From Eledone cirrhosa (Eukaryota): a stretch of 64,000 nucleotides of DNA. Shown here one piece after another: positions 12,311 to 26,900 of this stretch (position 1 is the first letter of the stretch; the number at the start of each line of letters is the position of its first letter). A program made the translations under genes and the position numbers. Under the pieces are notes generated by a model, which did no database searches, was not told the DNA's origin, and was given only the letters and a program-made list of their open reading frames with translations. The stretch is taken from NCBI GenBank assembly GCA_964016885.1, contig OZ024744.1, positions 12,462,001-12,526,000 of the forward strand, read 5' to 3'.

Positions 12311-15300
12311 CATGACAGTAGTGTAGGTGGAAGTAGTGGTGACATGACAGTAGTGTAGGTGGTAGTACTGGTGACATGATAGTAGTGTAGGTGGTAGTAG
12401 TGGTGTGATAACAGTAGTGTAGGAGGTAGTAGGGTGACATGACAGTAGTGTAGGTGGTAGTAGGGTGACATGACAGTAGTGTAAGTGGTGTCATGACAAT
12501 AGTGTAGGTGGTACTAGTGGTGCCATGACAGTAGTGTAGGTGGTAGTAGTGGTGACATGTCAGTAGTGTAGGTGGTAGTAGTGGTATCATGACAGTAGTG
12601 TAGGTAGTAGTAGTGGTGACATAACAGTAGTGTAGGTGGTAGTAGTGGTGACATGACAGTGGTGTAGGTGGTAGTAGTGGTGACATGACAGTAGTGTAGG
12701 TGGTAGTAGTGGTGACATGACAGTAGTGTAGGTGGTAGTAGTGGTGACATGACAGTAGTTTAGGTGGAAGTAGTGGTGTGATAACAGTAGTGTAGGTGGT
12801 AGTAGTGGTGTCATGACAGTAGTGTAGGTGGTAGTAGTGGTGTTATGACAGTGGTGTAGGTGCTAGTAGTGGTGACATGGCAATAGTGTAGGTGGTAGTA
12901 GTGGTGACATAACAGTAGTGTAGGTGGGAGTAGTTGTGACATGACAGTAGTGTAGGTGGTAGTAGTGGTAAAATGACAGTAGTATAGGTGGTAGTAGTTG
13001 TGACATCACAGTAGTGTAGGTAGTAGTAGTGGTGACATAACAGTAGTGTAAGTGGTTGTAGTGGTGATATGACAGTAGTGTAGGTGGTAGTAGTTGTGAC
13101 ATAACAGTAATGTAGGTGGTAGTAGTGGTGACATGAGAGTAGTGTAGGTGGTAGTAGTGGTGACATGACAGTAATGTAGGTGGTAGTAGTGGTGTGATAA
13201 CAGTAGTGTAGGTGGTAGTAGTGGTGTCATGAAAGTAGTTTATGTGGTAGTAGAGGTGACATAACAGTGGTGTAGGTGGTAGTAGTGGTGTCATGACAAT
13301 AGTGTAGGTGGTGGTAGAGGTGACTTGACAGTAGGGTAGGTGGTAATAGGGTGACATGGCAGTAGTGTAGGTGGTAGTAGTGGTGTCATGACAAAAGTGT
13401 AGGTGGTAGTAGTGGGGAGATGACAGTAGTGTAGGTGGTAGTAGTGGTGACATAACAATAGTGTAGGTAGTAGTAGTGGTGATATAAAAGTAGTGTAGGT
13501 TGTAGTAGTGGTGACAAGTCAGTAGTGTAGGTGGAAGTAGTGGTGACATAGCAGAAGTGTAGGTGGTAGTAGTGGTGTCATGACAGTAGTGTAGGTGGTA
13601 GTAGCGGTGTCATGACAGTAGTTTTGGTGGTAGTAGTGGTGTCATGACAGTAGTGTAGGTGGTAGTAGTGGTGACATGACAGTAGTGTAGGTGGTAGTAG
13701 TGGTGTGATAACAGTAGTGTAGGTGGTAGTAGTGGTGACATGACAGTAGAGTAGGTGGGAGTAGTAGTGACATGACAGTAGTGTAGGTGGTAGTAGAGTG
13801 ACATGACAGTAGTGTAGGTGGTAGTAGTGGTGACATGACAGTAGTGTAGGTGGTAGTAGTGGTGACATGACAGTAGTGTAGGTGGTAGTAGGGTGACATG
13901 ACATTAGTGTAGGTGGTAGTAGTGGTGTCATGACAGTAGTGCAGGTGGTAGTAGTGGTGTCATGACAGTAGTGTAGGTGGTAGTAGTGGTGACATGACAA
14001 TAGTGTAGGTGGGAGTAGTGGTGACATGACAGTAGTGTATGTGGTAGTAGGGTGACATGACAGTTGTGTAGGTGGTAGTAGTGGTGTCATGACAATAGTG
14101 TAGGTGGTGGTAGTGGTGACATGACAGTAGTGTAGGTGGTAGTAGTGGTGACTTGATAGTAGTGTCGGTGGTAGTAAGGTGACATGACAGTAGTGTAGGT
14201 GGTAGTAGGGTGACATGACAGTAGTGTAGGTGGTAGTAGTGGTGTCATGACAGTAGTGTAGGTGGTAGTAGAGGTGACATGACAGTAGTGTAGGTCGTAG
14301 TAGTGGTGTCATGACAGTAGTGTAGGTGGTAGTAGTGCTGACATGACAGTAGTGTAGGTGGTAGTAGTGGTGTCATGACAGTAGGGTAGGTGGTAGTAGT
14401 GTTTACATGACAGTAATGTAGGTGGTAAAGGTGGTGACATGACAGTAGTGTAGGTGGTAGTAGTGGTGACATGACAGTAGTGTAAGTGGTAATAGTGGTG
14501 ACATGACAGTAGTGTAGGTCATAGTAGGGTGACAGGACAGTTGTGTAGGTGGTAGTAGTTGTGTCATGACAGTACTGTAGGTGGTAGTAGTGGTGTCATG
14601 ACAGTAGTGTAGGTGGTAGTAGTGGCGACATGACACTAGTGTAGGTGGTAGTAGGGTGACATGACAGTTGTGTAGGTGTTAGTAGTGGTGAAATGACAGT
14701 AGTGTAGGTGGTAGTAGTGGTGACATCACAGTAGTGTAGGTAGTAGTGGTGGCATGACAGTAGTGTAAGTGGTTGTAGTGGTGACATGACAGTAGTGTAG
14801 GTGGTAGTAGTGGTGACATAACAGTAGTGTAGGTGGTAGTAGTGGTGACATGACAGTAGTGTAGGTGGTAGTAGTGGTGACATGACAGTAGTGTAGGTGG
14901 TAGTAGTGGTGTCATGATAGTAGTGTAGGTGGTAGTAGTGGTGTGATAACAGTAGTGTAGGTGGTAGTAGTGGTGACATGACAATAGTGTAGGTGGTACT
15001 AGTGGTGCATGACAGTAGTGTAGGTGGGAGTAGTGGAGATATGACAGTAGTGTAGGTGGTAATAGTGGTGACATCACAGTAGTGTAGGTAGTAGTGGTGG
15101 CAAAACAGTAGTGTAGGTGGTAGTAGTGGTGACATGACAGTAGTGTAGGTGGTAGTAGTGGTGACATGACAGTAGTGTAGGTGGTAGTAGTGGTTACATG
15201 ACAGTAGTGTAGGTGGTAGTAGTGGTGTCATGATAGTAGTGTAGGTGGTAGTAGTGGTGTGATAACAGTAGTGTAGGTGGTAGTAGGGTGACATGACAGT

Positions 15301-16399
15301 AGTGTAGGTGGTAGTAGGGTGACATGACAGTAGTGTAGGTGGTAGTAGTGGTGTCATGACAATAGTGTAGGTGGTAGTAGTGGTGCCAGGACAGTAGTGT
15401 AGGTGGTAGTCGTGGTGACATGACAGTAGAGTAGGTGGTAGTTGTGGTATCATGACAGTAGTGTAGGTAGTAGTAGTGGTGACATAACAGTAGTGTAGGT
15501 GGTAGTAGTGGTGACATGACAGTGGTGTAGGTGGTAGTAGTGGTGACATGACAGTAGTGTAGGTGGTAGTAGTGGTGACATGACAGTAGTGTAGGTGGTA
15601 GTAGTGGTGACATGACAGTAGTTTAGGTGGAAGTAGTGGTGTGATAACAGTAGTGTAGGTGGTAGTAGTGGTGTCATGACAGTAGTGTAGGTGGTAGTAG
15701 TGGTGATATGACAGTGGTGTAGGTGCTAGTAGTGGTGACATGGCAATAGTGTAGGTGGTAGTAGTGGTGACATAACAGTAGTGTAGGTGGGAGTAGTTGT
15801 GACATGACAGTAGTGTAGGTGGTAGTAGTGGTAAAATGACAGTAGTATAGGTGGTAGTAGTTGTGACATCACAGTAGTGTAGGTAGTAGTGGTGGCAAAA
15901 CAGTAGTGTAAGTGGTTGTAGTGGTGATATGACAGTAGTGTAGGTGGTAGTAGTGGTGACATGAGAGTAGTGTAGGTGGTAGTAGTGGTGACATGACAGT
16001 AATGTAGGTGGTAGTAGTGGTGTGATAACAGTAGTGTAGGTGGTAGTAGTGGTGTCATGACAGTAGTTTATGTGGTAGTAGAGGTGACATAACAGTGGTG
16101 TAGGTGGTAGTAGTGGTGTCATGACAATAGTGTAGGTGGTGGTAGAGGTGACTTGACAGTAGGGTAGGTGGTAATAGGGTGACATGACAGTAGTGTAGGT
16201 GGTAGTAGTGGTGTCATGACAAAAGTGTAGGTGGTAGTAGTGGGGAGATGACAGTAGTGTAGGTGGTAGTAGTGGTGACATAACAATAGTGTAGGTAGTA
16301 GTAGTGGTGATATAAAAGTAGTGTAGGTTGTAGTAGTGGTGACAAGTCAGTAGTGTAGGTGGAAGTAGTGGTGACATAGCAGAAGTGTAGGTGGTAGTA

Positions 16400-19300
16400 G
16401 TGGTGTCATGACAGTAGTGTAGGTGGTAGTAGTGGTGACATGACAGTAGTGTAGGTGGTAGTAATGGTATCATGACAGTAGTGTAGGTGGAAGTAGTGGT
16501 GTGATAACAGTCGTGTAGGTGGTAGTAGTGGTGCCATGACAGTAGTTTAGGTCGTAGTAGAGGTGACATGACAGTGGTGTAGGTGGTGCTAGTGGTGTTA
16601 TGACAATAGTGTAGGTGGTGGTAGTTGTGACATGACAGTAGTGTAGGTGGTAGGAGTGGTGACATGACAGTAGAGTAGGTGGTAGTAGGGCGACATGACA
16701 GTAGTGTAGGTGGTAGTAGTGGTGTCATGACAAATCTGTAGATGGTAGTAGTGGTGACATGACAGTAGTGTAGGTGGTAGTAGTGGTGAAATAACAATAG
16801 TGTAGGTAGTAGTAGTGGTGATATAAAAATAGTGTAGGTGGTAGTAGTGGTGACAAGTCAGTAGTGTAGGTGGTAGTAGTGGTGACATAACAGAAGTGTA
16901 GGTAGTAGTAGTGGTATCATGACAGTAGTGTAGGTAGTAGTAGCGGTTACATAACAGTAGTGTAGGTGGTAGTAGTGGTGTCATGACAGAAGTGTAGGGT
17001 GTAGTAGTGGTGCCATAACAGTAGTGTAGGTGTTAGTAGTGTTTACATGACAGTAGTGTAGGTGGTAGTAGTGGTGACATGACAGTAGTGTAGGTGGTAG
17101 TAGTGGTGACATGACAGTAATGTAGGTGGTAAAGGTGGTGACATGACAGTAGAGTATGTGGTAGTATTGGTGACATGACAGTAGTGTAGGTGGTAGTACG
17201 GTGACATGACAGTAGTGTAGGTGGTAGTAGTGGTGTCATGACAATAGTGTAGGTGGTAGTAGTGGTATCATGACGGAAGTGTAGGTGGTGGTAGTTGTGA
17301 CATGACAGTAGTATAGCTGATAGTAGTGTTATCATGACAGTAGTGTAGGAAGTAGTAGTGGTGACATAACAGTAGTGTAGGTGGTAGTAGTGGTGACATG
17401 ACAGTGGTGTAGGTGGTAGTAGTGGTGACATGACCGTAGTGTAGGTGGTAGTAGTGGTGACATGACAGTAGTGTAGGTGGTAGTAGTGGTGTCATGACAG
17501 TAGTGTAGGTGGTAGTAGTGATAACATGACAGTAGTGTAGGTGGTAGTAGTGGTGACATGACAGTAGTGTAGGTGGTAGTAGTGGTGTGATAACAGTAGT
17601 GTAGGTGGTAGTAGTGGTGACATGACAGTAGTGTAGGTGGGAGTAGTGGTGTCATGACAGTAGTGTAGGTGGTAGTAGGGTGACATGACAGTTGTGTAGT
17701 TGGTAGTAGTGGTGTCATGACAATAGTGTAGGTGATAGTAGTGGTGAAATGACAGTAGTGTAGGTGGTAGTAGTGGTGACATGACAGTAGTGTAGGTGGT
17801 AGTAGTGGTGACATGACAGTAGTGTAGGTGGTAGTAGTGGTATCATGACAGTAGTGTAGGTGGTAGTAGTGGTGACATGACAGTAGTGTAGGTGGTAGTA
17901 GTGGTGACATGACAGTAGTGTAGGTGGTAGTAGTGGTGACATGACAGTAGTGTAGGTGGTAGTAGTGGTGTGATAACACTAGTGTAGGTGGTAGTAGGGC
18001 GACATGACAGTAGTGTAGGTGGTAGTAGTGGAGACATGACAGTAGTGTAGGTATTAGTAGTGGTGACATGACCGTAGTGTAGGTGGTAGTAGTGGTGACA
18101 TGACAGTAGTGTAGGTGGTAGTAGTGGTGTCATGACAGTAGTGTAGGTGGTAGTAGTGGTGACATGACAGTAGTGTAGGTGGTAGTAGTGGTGACATGAC
18201 AGTAGTGTAGGTGGTAGTAGTGGTGTGATAACAGTAGTGTAGGTGGTATAGTGGTGACATGACAGTAGTGTAGGTGGGAGTAGTGGTGTCATGACAGTAG
18301 TGTAGGTGGTAGTAGTGGTGTGATAACAGTAGTGTAGGTGGTAGTAGTGGTGACATGACAGTAGTGTAGGTGGGAGTAGTGGTGACATGACAGTAGTGTA
18401 GTTGGTAGTAGGGTGACATGACAGTTGTGTAGGTGGTAGTAGTGGTGTCACGACAGTAGTGTAGGTGGTAGTAGTGGTGAAATGACAGTAGTACAGGTGG
18501 TAGTAGTGCTGACATCACAGTAGTGTAGGTAGTAGTGGTGGCAAAACAGTAATGTAAGTGGTTGTAGTGGTGACATGACAGTAGTGTAGGTGGTAGTAGT
18601 GGTGACATGACAGTAGTGTAGGTGGTAGTAGTGGTGACATGACAGTAGTGTAGTTGGTAGTAGTGGTGACATAACAGTGGTGTAGGTGGTAGTAGTGGTC
18701 TCATGACAGTAGTGTAGGTGGTAATAGTGGTGACATGACAGTAGTGTAGGTGGTAGTAGTCGTGACATGACAGTAGTGTAGGTGGAAGTAGTGGGGACAT
18801 GACAGTAGTGTAGGTGGTAGTAGTGGTGACATGATAGTAGTGTAGGTGGTAGTAGTGGTGTGATAACAGTAGTGTAGGAGGTAGTAGGGTGACATGACAG
18901 TAGTGTAGGTGGTAGTAGGGTGAAATGACAGTAGTGTAAGTGGTGTCATGACAATAGTGTAGGTGGTAGTAGTGGTGCCATGACAGTAGTGTAGGTGGTA
19001 GTAGTGGTAATATGTCAGTAGTGTAGGTGGTAGTAGTGGTATCATGACAGTAGTGTAGGTAATAGTAGTGCTGACATAACAGTAGTGTAGGTGGTAGTAG
19101 TGGTGACATGACAGTGGTGTAGGGGTAGTAGTGGTGACAAGACAGTAGTGTAGGTGGTAGTAGTGTTGACATGAGAGTAGTGTAGGTGGTAGTAGTGGTG
19201 ACATGACAGTAGTGTAGGTGGAAGTAGTGGTGTGATAACAGTAGTGTAGGTGGTAGTAGTGGTGTCATGACAGTAGTGTAGGTGATAGTAGTGGTGATAT

Positions 19301-22300
19301 GACAGTGGTGTAGGTGGTAGTAGTGGTGACATGGCAATAGTGTAGGTGGGAGTAGTGGTGACATGACAGTAGTGTATGTGGTAGTAGGGTGACATGACAG
19401 TTGTGTAGGTGGTAGTAGTGGTGTCATGACAATAGTGTAGGTGGTGGTAGTGGTGACATGACAGTAGTGTAGGTGGTAGTAGTGGTGACTTGATAGTAGT
19501 GTAGGTGGTAGTAGTGGTGTCATGACAGTAGTGTAGGTGGTAGTAGAGGTGACATGACAGTAGTGTAGGTCGTAGTAGTGGTGTCATGACAGTAGTGTAG
19601 GTGGTAGTAGTGCTGACATGACAGTAGTGTAGGTGGTAGTAGTGGTGTCATGACAGTAGGGTAGGTGGTAGTAGTGTTTACATGACAGTAATGTAGGTGG
19701 TAAAGGTGGTGACATGACAGTAGTGTAGGTGGTAGTAGTGGTGACATGACAGTAGTGTAAGTGGTAATAGTGGTGACATGACAGTAGGGTAGGTGGTAGT
19801 AGTGGTGACATAACAGTAGTGCAGGTGGTAGTAGTGGTGTCATGACAGTAGTGTAGGTGGTAGTAGTGGTGTCATGACAGTAGTGTAGGTGATAGTAGGG
19901 TGACAGGACAGTTGTGTAGGTGGTAGTAGTTGTGTCATGACAGTACTGTAGGTGGTAGTAGTGGTGTCATGACAGTAGTGTAGGTGGTAGTAGTGGCGAC
20001 ATGACACTAGTGTAGGTGGTAGTAGGGTGACATGACAGTTGTGTAGGTGTTAGTAGTGGTGAAATGACAGTAGTATAGGTGGTAGTAGTGGTGACATCAC
20101 AGTAGTGTAGGTAGTAGTGGTGGCATGACAGTAGTGTAAGTGGTTGTAGTGGTGACATGACAGTAGTGTAGGTGGTAGTAGTGGTGACATAACAGTAGTG
20201 TAGGTGGTAGTAGTGGTGACATGACAGTAGTGTAGGTGGTAGCAGTGGTGACATGACAGTAGTGTAGGTGGTAGTAGTGGTGTCATGATAGTAGTGTAGG
20301 TGGTAGTAGTGGTGTGATAACAGTAGTGTAGGTGGTAGTAGTGGTGACATGACAATAGTGTAGGTGGTAGTAGTGGTGCATGACAGTAGTGTAGGTGGGA
20401 GTAGTGGAGACATGACAGTAGTGTAGGTGGTAATAGTGGTGACATCACAGTAGTGTAGGTAGTAGTGGTGGCAAAACAGTAGTGTAGGTGGTAGTAGTGG
20501 TGACATGACAGTAGTGTAGGTGGTAGTAGTGGTTACATGACAGTAGTGTAGGTGGTAGTAGTGGTGTCATGATAGTAGTGTAGGTGGTAGTAGTGGTGTG
20601 ATAACAGTAGTGTAGGTGGTAGTAGGGTGACATGACAGTAGTGTAGGTGGTAGTAGGGTGACATGACAGTAGTGTAGGTGGTAGTAGTGGTGTCATGACA
20701 ATAGTGTAGGTGGTAGTAGTGGTGCCAGGACAGTAGTGTAGGTGGTAGTCGTGGTGACATGACAGTAGAGTAGGTGGTAGTTGTGGTATCATGACAGTAG
20801 TGTAGGTAGTAGTAGTGGTGACATAACAGTAGTGTAGGTGGTAGTATTGGTGACATGACAGTGGTGTAGGTGGTAGTAGTGGTGACATGACAATAGTGTA
20901 GGTGGTAGTAGTGGTGACATAACAGTAGTGTAGGTGGTAGTAGTGGTGACATGACAGTAGTGTAGGTGGTAGTAATGGTATCATGACAGTAGTGTAGGTG
21001 GAAGTAGTGGTGTGATAACAATCGTGTAGGTGGTAGTAGTGGTGCCATGACAGTAGTTTAGGTCGTAGTAGAGGTGACATGACAGTGGTGTAGGTGGTGC
21101 TAGTGGTGTTATGACAATAGTGTAGGTGGAGGTAGTTGTGACATGACAGTAGTGTAGGTGGTAGGAGTGGTGACATGACAGTAGAGTAGGTGGTAGTAGG
21201 GTGACATGACAGTAGTGTAGGTGGTAGTAGTGGTGTCATGACAAATGTGTAGATGGTAGTAGTGGTGACATGACAGTAGTGTAGGTGGTAGTAGTGGTGA
21301 AATAATAATAGTGTAGGTAGTAGTAGTGGTGATATAAAAATAGTGTAGGTGGTAGTAGTGGTGACAAGTCAGTAGTGTAGGTGGTAGTAGTGGTGACATT
21401 ATAGAAGTGTAGGTGGTAGTAGTGGTATCATGACAGTAGTGTAGGTAGTAGTAGCGGTTACATAACAGTAGTGTAGGTGGTAGTAGTGGTGTCATGACAG
21501 AAGTGTAGGGTGTAGTAGTGGTGCCATAACAGTAGTGTAGGTGTTAGTAGTGTTTACATGACAGTAGTGTAGGTGGTAGTAGTGGTGACATGACAGTAGT
21601 GTAGGTGGTAGTAGTGTTTACATGACAGTAGTGTAGGTGGTAGTAGTGGTGACATGACAGTAGTGTAGGTGGTAGTAGTGGTGACATGACAGTAATGTAG
21701 GTGGTAAAGGTGGTGACATGACAGTAGAGTATGTGGTAGTATTGGTGACATGACAGTAGTGTAGGTGGTAGTACGGTGACATGACAGTAGTGTAGGTGGT
21801 AGTAGTGGTGTCATGACAATAGTGTAGGTGGTAGTAGTGGTGTCATGACGGAAGTGTAGGTGGTGGTAGTTGTGACATGACAGTAGTGTAGCTGATAGTA
21901 GTGTTATCATGACAGTAGTGTAGGAAGTAGTAGTGGTGACATAACAGTAGTGTAGGTGGTAGTAGTGGTGACATGACAGTGGTGTAGCTGGTAGTAGTGG
22001 TGACATGACCGTAGTGTAGGTGGTAGTAGTGGTGACATGACAGTAGTGTAGGTGGTAGTAGTGGTGTCATGACAGTAGTGTAGGTGGTAGTAGTGATAAC
22101 ATGACAGTAGTGTAGGTGGTTGTAGTGGTGACATGACAGTAGTGTAGGTGGTAGTAGTGGTGCGATAACAGTAGTGTAGGTGGTAGTAGTGGTGACATGA
22201 CAGTAGTGTAGGTGGGAGTAGTGGTGTCATGACAGTAGTGTAGGTGGTAGTAGGGTGACATGACAGTTGTGTAGTTGGTAGTAGTGGTGTCATGACAATA

Positions 22301-23900
22301 GTGTAGGTGATAGTAGTGGTGAAATGACAGTAGTGTAGGGGGTAGTAGTGGTGACATGACAGTAGTGTAGGTGGTAGTAGTGGTGACATGACAGTAGTGT
22401 AGGTGGTAGTAGTGGTATCATGACAGTAGTGTAGGTGGTAGTAGTGGTGACATGACAGTAGTGTAGGTGGTAGTAGTGGTGACATGACAGTAGTGTAGGT
22501 GGTAGTAGTGGTAACATGACAGTAGTGTAGGTGGTAGTAGTGGTGTGATAACACAAGTGTAGGTGGTAGTAGGGCGACATAACAGTAGTGTAGGTGGTAG
22601 TAGTGGAGACATGACAGTTGTGTAGGTATTAGTAGTGGTGACATGACCGTAGTGTAGGTGGTAGTAGTGGTGACATGACAGTAGTGTAGGTGGTAGTAGT
22701 GGTGTCATGACAGTAGTGTAGGTGGTAGTAGTGGTGACATGACAGTAGTGTAGGTGGTAGTAGTGGTGACATGACAGTAGTGTAGGTGGTAGTAGTGGTG
22801 TGATAACAGTAGTGTAGGTGGTAGTAGTGGTGACATGACAGTAGTGTAGGTGGGAGTAGTGGTGTCATGACAGTAGTGTAGGTGGTAGTAGTGGCGTGAT
22901 AACAGTAGTGTAGGTGGTAGTAGTGGTGACATGACAGTAGTGTAGGTGGGAGTAGTGGTGACATGACAGTAGTGTAGTTGGTAGTAGGGTGACATGACAG
23001 TTGTGTAGGTGGTAGTAGTGGTGTCACGACAGTAGTGTAGGTGGTAGTAGTGGTGAAATGACAGTAGTACAGGTGGTAGTAGTGCTGACATCACAGTAGT
23101 GTAGGTAGTAGTGGTGGCAAAACAGTAATCTAAGTGGTTGTAGTGGTGACATGACAGTAGTGTAGGTGGTAGTAGTGGTGACATGACAGTAGTGTAGGTG
23201 GTAGTAGTGGTGACATGACAGTAGTGTAGGTGGTAGTAGTGGTGACATAACAGTGGTGTAGGTGGTAGTAGTGGTCTCATGACAGTAGTGTAGGTGGTAA
23301 TAGTGGTGACATGACAGTAGTGTAGGTGGTAGTAGTCGTGACATGACAGTAGTGTAGGTGGAAGTAGTGGTGACATGACAGTAGTGTAGGTGGTAGTAGT
23401 GGTGACATGATAGTAGTGTAGGTGGTAGTAGTGGTGTGATAACAGTAGTGTAGGAGGTAGTAGGGTGACATGACAGTAGTGTAGGTGGTAGTAGGGTGAA
23501 ATGACAGTAGTGTAAGTGGTGTCATGACAATAGTGTAGGTGGTAGTAGTGGTGCCATGACAGTAGTGTAGGTGGTAGTAGTGGTGATATGTCAGTAGTGT
23601 AGGTGGTAGTAGTGGTATCATGACAGTAGTGTAGGTAAAAGTAGTGCTGACATAACAGTAGTGTAGGTGGTAGTAGTGGTGACATGACAGTGGTGTAGGG
23701 GTAGTAGTGGTGACATGACAGTAGTGTAGGTGGTAGTAGTGTTGACATGAGAGTAGTGTAGGTGGTAGTAGTGGTGACATGACAGTAGTGTAGGTGGAAG
23801 TAGTGGTGTGATAACAGTAGTGTAGGTGGTAGTAGTGGTGTCATGACAGTAGTGTAGGTGATAGTAGTGGTGATATGACAGTGGTGTAGGTGGTAGTAGT
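16400..23900. repeat. Block of about 2.9 kb (16400-19340) repeated at 20950-23900, offset 4511 rising to 4576
   Basis: ORF pairs 16598/21109 (4511), 17332/21907 (4575) and 18448/23024 (4576). The GATATAAAAATAG variant occurs at 16820, 21331 and again at 29774. Confidence 0.8.
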
Positions 23901-26900
23901 GGTGACATGGCAATAGTGTAGGTGGTAGTAGTGGTGACATAACAGTAGTGTAGGTGGGAGTAGTGGTGACATTACAGTAGTGCAGTAGTGTAGGTGTTAG
24001 TAGTGGTAAAATGACAGTAGTATAGGTGGTAGTAGTTGTGACATCACAGTAGTTTAGGTAGTAGTGGTGGCAAAACAGTAGTGTAAGTGGTTGTAGTGGT
24101 GACATGACAGTAGTGTAGGTGGTAGTAGTGGTGACATGACAGAAGTGTAGGTGGTAGTAGTGGTGACATGACAGTAATGTAGATGGTAGTAGTGGTGTGA
24201 TAACAGTAGTGTAGGTGGTAGTAGTGGTGTCATGACAGTAGTTTATGTGGTAGTAGAGGTGACATAACAGTGGTGTAGGTGGTAGTAGTGGTGTCATGAC
24301 AATAGTGTAGGTGGTGGTAGTGGTGACATGACAGTAGTGTAGGTGGTAGTAGTGGTGACTTGACAGTAGGGTAGGTGGTAGTAGGGTGACATGACAGTAG
24401 TGTAGGTGGTAGTAGTGGTGTCATGACAAAAGTGTAGGTGGTAGTAGTGGGGAGATGACAGTAGTGTAGGTGGTAGTAGTGGTGACATAACAATAGTGTA
24501 GGTAGAAGTAGTGGTGATATAAAAGTAGTGTAGATTGTAGTAGTGGTGACAAGTCAGTAGTGTAGGTGGTAGTAGTGGTGACATAACAGAAGTGTAGGTG
24601 GTAGTAATGGTGTCATGACAGTAGTGTAGGTGGTAGTAGCGGTGTCATGACAGTAGTGTAGGTGGTAGTGGTGGTGTCATGACAGTAGTGTAGGTGGTAG
24701 TAGCGGTGTCGTGACAGTAGTGTAGGTGGTAGTAGTGGTGACATGACAGTAGTGATGGTGGTAGTAGTGGTATCATGACAGTAGTGTAGGTAGTAGTAGC
24801 GGTGACATAACAGTAGTGTAGGTGGTAGTAGTGGTGTCATGACAGTAGTGTAGGTGGTAGTAGTGGTGACATAACAGTAGTGTAGGTGTTAGTAGTGTTT
24901 ACATGACAGTAGTGTAGGTGGTAGTAGTGGTGAGATGACAGTAATGTAGGTGGTGAAGGTGGTGACATGACAGTAGTGTAGGTGGTATTATAGGTGCCAT
25001 GACAGTAGTGTAGGTGGTAGTAGCGGTGTCATGACAGTAGTGTAGGTGGTAGTGGTGGTGTCATGACAGTAGTGTAGGTGGTAGTAGCGGTGTCATGACA
25101 GTAGTGTAGGTGGTAGTAGTGGTGACATGACAGTAGTGATGGTGGTAGTAGTGGTATCATGTCAGTAGTCTAGTTAGTAGTAGCGGTGACATAACAGTAG
25201 TGTAGGTGGTAGTAGTGGTGTCATGACAGTAGTGTAGGTGGTAGTAGTGGTGACATAACAGTAGTGTAGGTGTTAGTAGTGTTTACATGACAGTAGTGTA
25301 GGTGGTAGTAGTGGTGAGATGACAGTAATGTAGGTGGTGAAGGTGGTGACATGACAGTAGTGTAGGTGGTATTATAGGTGCCATGACAGTAGTGTAGGTG
25401 GTAGTACGGTGACATGACAGTAGTGTAGGTGGTAGTATTGGTGTCATGACAATAGTGTAGGTGGTAGTAGTGGTGTCATGACAGAAGTGTAGGTGGTAGT
25501 AGTGGTTACATGACAGTAGTGTAGCTGGTTGTAGTGTTATCATGACAGTAGTGTAGGTAGTAGTAGTGGTGACATGACAGTAGTGTAGGTGGTAGTAGTG
25601 GTGACATGACAGTAGTGTAGGTGGTAGTAGTGGTATCATGACAGTAGTGTAGGTGGTAGTAGTGGTGACATGACAGTAGTGTAGGTGGTAGTAGTGGTGA
25701 CATGACAGTAGTGTAGGTGGTAGTAGTGGTAACATGACAGTAGTGTAGGTGGTAGTAGTGGTGTGATAACACATGTGTAGGTGGTAGTAGGGCGACATGA
25801 CAGTAGTGTAGGTGGTAGTAGTGGAGACATGACAGTTGTGTAGGTATTAGTAGTGGTGACATGACCGTAGTGTAGGTGGTAGTAGTGGTGACATGACAGT
25901 AGTGTAGGTGGTAGTAGTGGTGTCATGACAGTAGTGTAGGTGGTAGTAGTGGTGACATGACAGTAGTGTAGGTGGTAGTAGTGGTGACATGACAGTAGTG
26001 TAGGTGGTAGTAGTGGTGTGATAACAGTAGTGTAGGTGGTAGTAGTGGTGACATGACAGTAGTGTAGGTGGGAGTAGTGGTGTCATGACAGTAGTGTAGG
26101 TGGTAGTAGTGGTGTGATAACAGTAGTGTAGGTGGTAATAGTGGTGACATGACAGTAGTGTAGGTGGGAGTAGTGGTGACATGACAGTAGTGTAGTTGGT
26201 AGTAGGGTGACATGACAGTTGTGTAGGTGGTAGTAGTGGTGTCACGACAGTAGTGTAGGTGGTAGTAGTGGTGAAATGACAGTAGTACAGGTGGTAGTAG
26301 TGCTGACATCACAGTAGTGTAGGTAGTAGTGGTGGCAAAACAGTAATCTAAGTGGTTGTAGTGGTGACATGACAGTAGTGTAGGTGGTAGTAGTGGTGAC
26401 ATGACAGTAGTGTAGGTGGTAGTAGTGGTGACATGACAGTAGTGTAGGTGGTAGTAGTGGTGACATAACAGTGGTGTAGGTGGTAGTAGTGGTCTCATGA
26501 CAGTAGTGTAGGTGGTAATAGTGGTGACATGACAGTAGTGTAGGTGGTAGTAGTCGTGACATGACAGTAGTGTAGGTGGAAGTAGTGGTGACATGACAGT
26601 AGTGTAGGTGGTAGTAGTGGTGACATGATAGTAGTGTAGGTGGTAGTAGTGGTGTGATAACAGTAGTGTAGGAGGTAGTAGGGTGACATGACAGTAGTGT
26701 AGGTGGTAGTAGGGTGAAATGACAGTAGTGTAAGTGGTGTCATGACAATAGTGTAGGTGGTAGTAGTGGTGCCATGACAGTAGTGTAGGTGGTAGTAGTG
26801 GTGATATGTCAGTAGTGTAGGTGGTAGTAGTGGTATCATGACAGTAGTGTAGGTAAAAGTAGTGCTGACATAACAGTAGTGTAGGTGGTAGTAGTGGTGA

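Noticed and set aside
14596-16797. 733-aa minus-strand ORF and all other listed ORFs as mucin-like or His-rich protein genes
   Set aside because: They overlap in all three frames with the same peptide and have no unique N- or C-terminal domain or signal peptide. Frameshifting indels are tolerated freely, and open frames are expected from a stop-free monomer.
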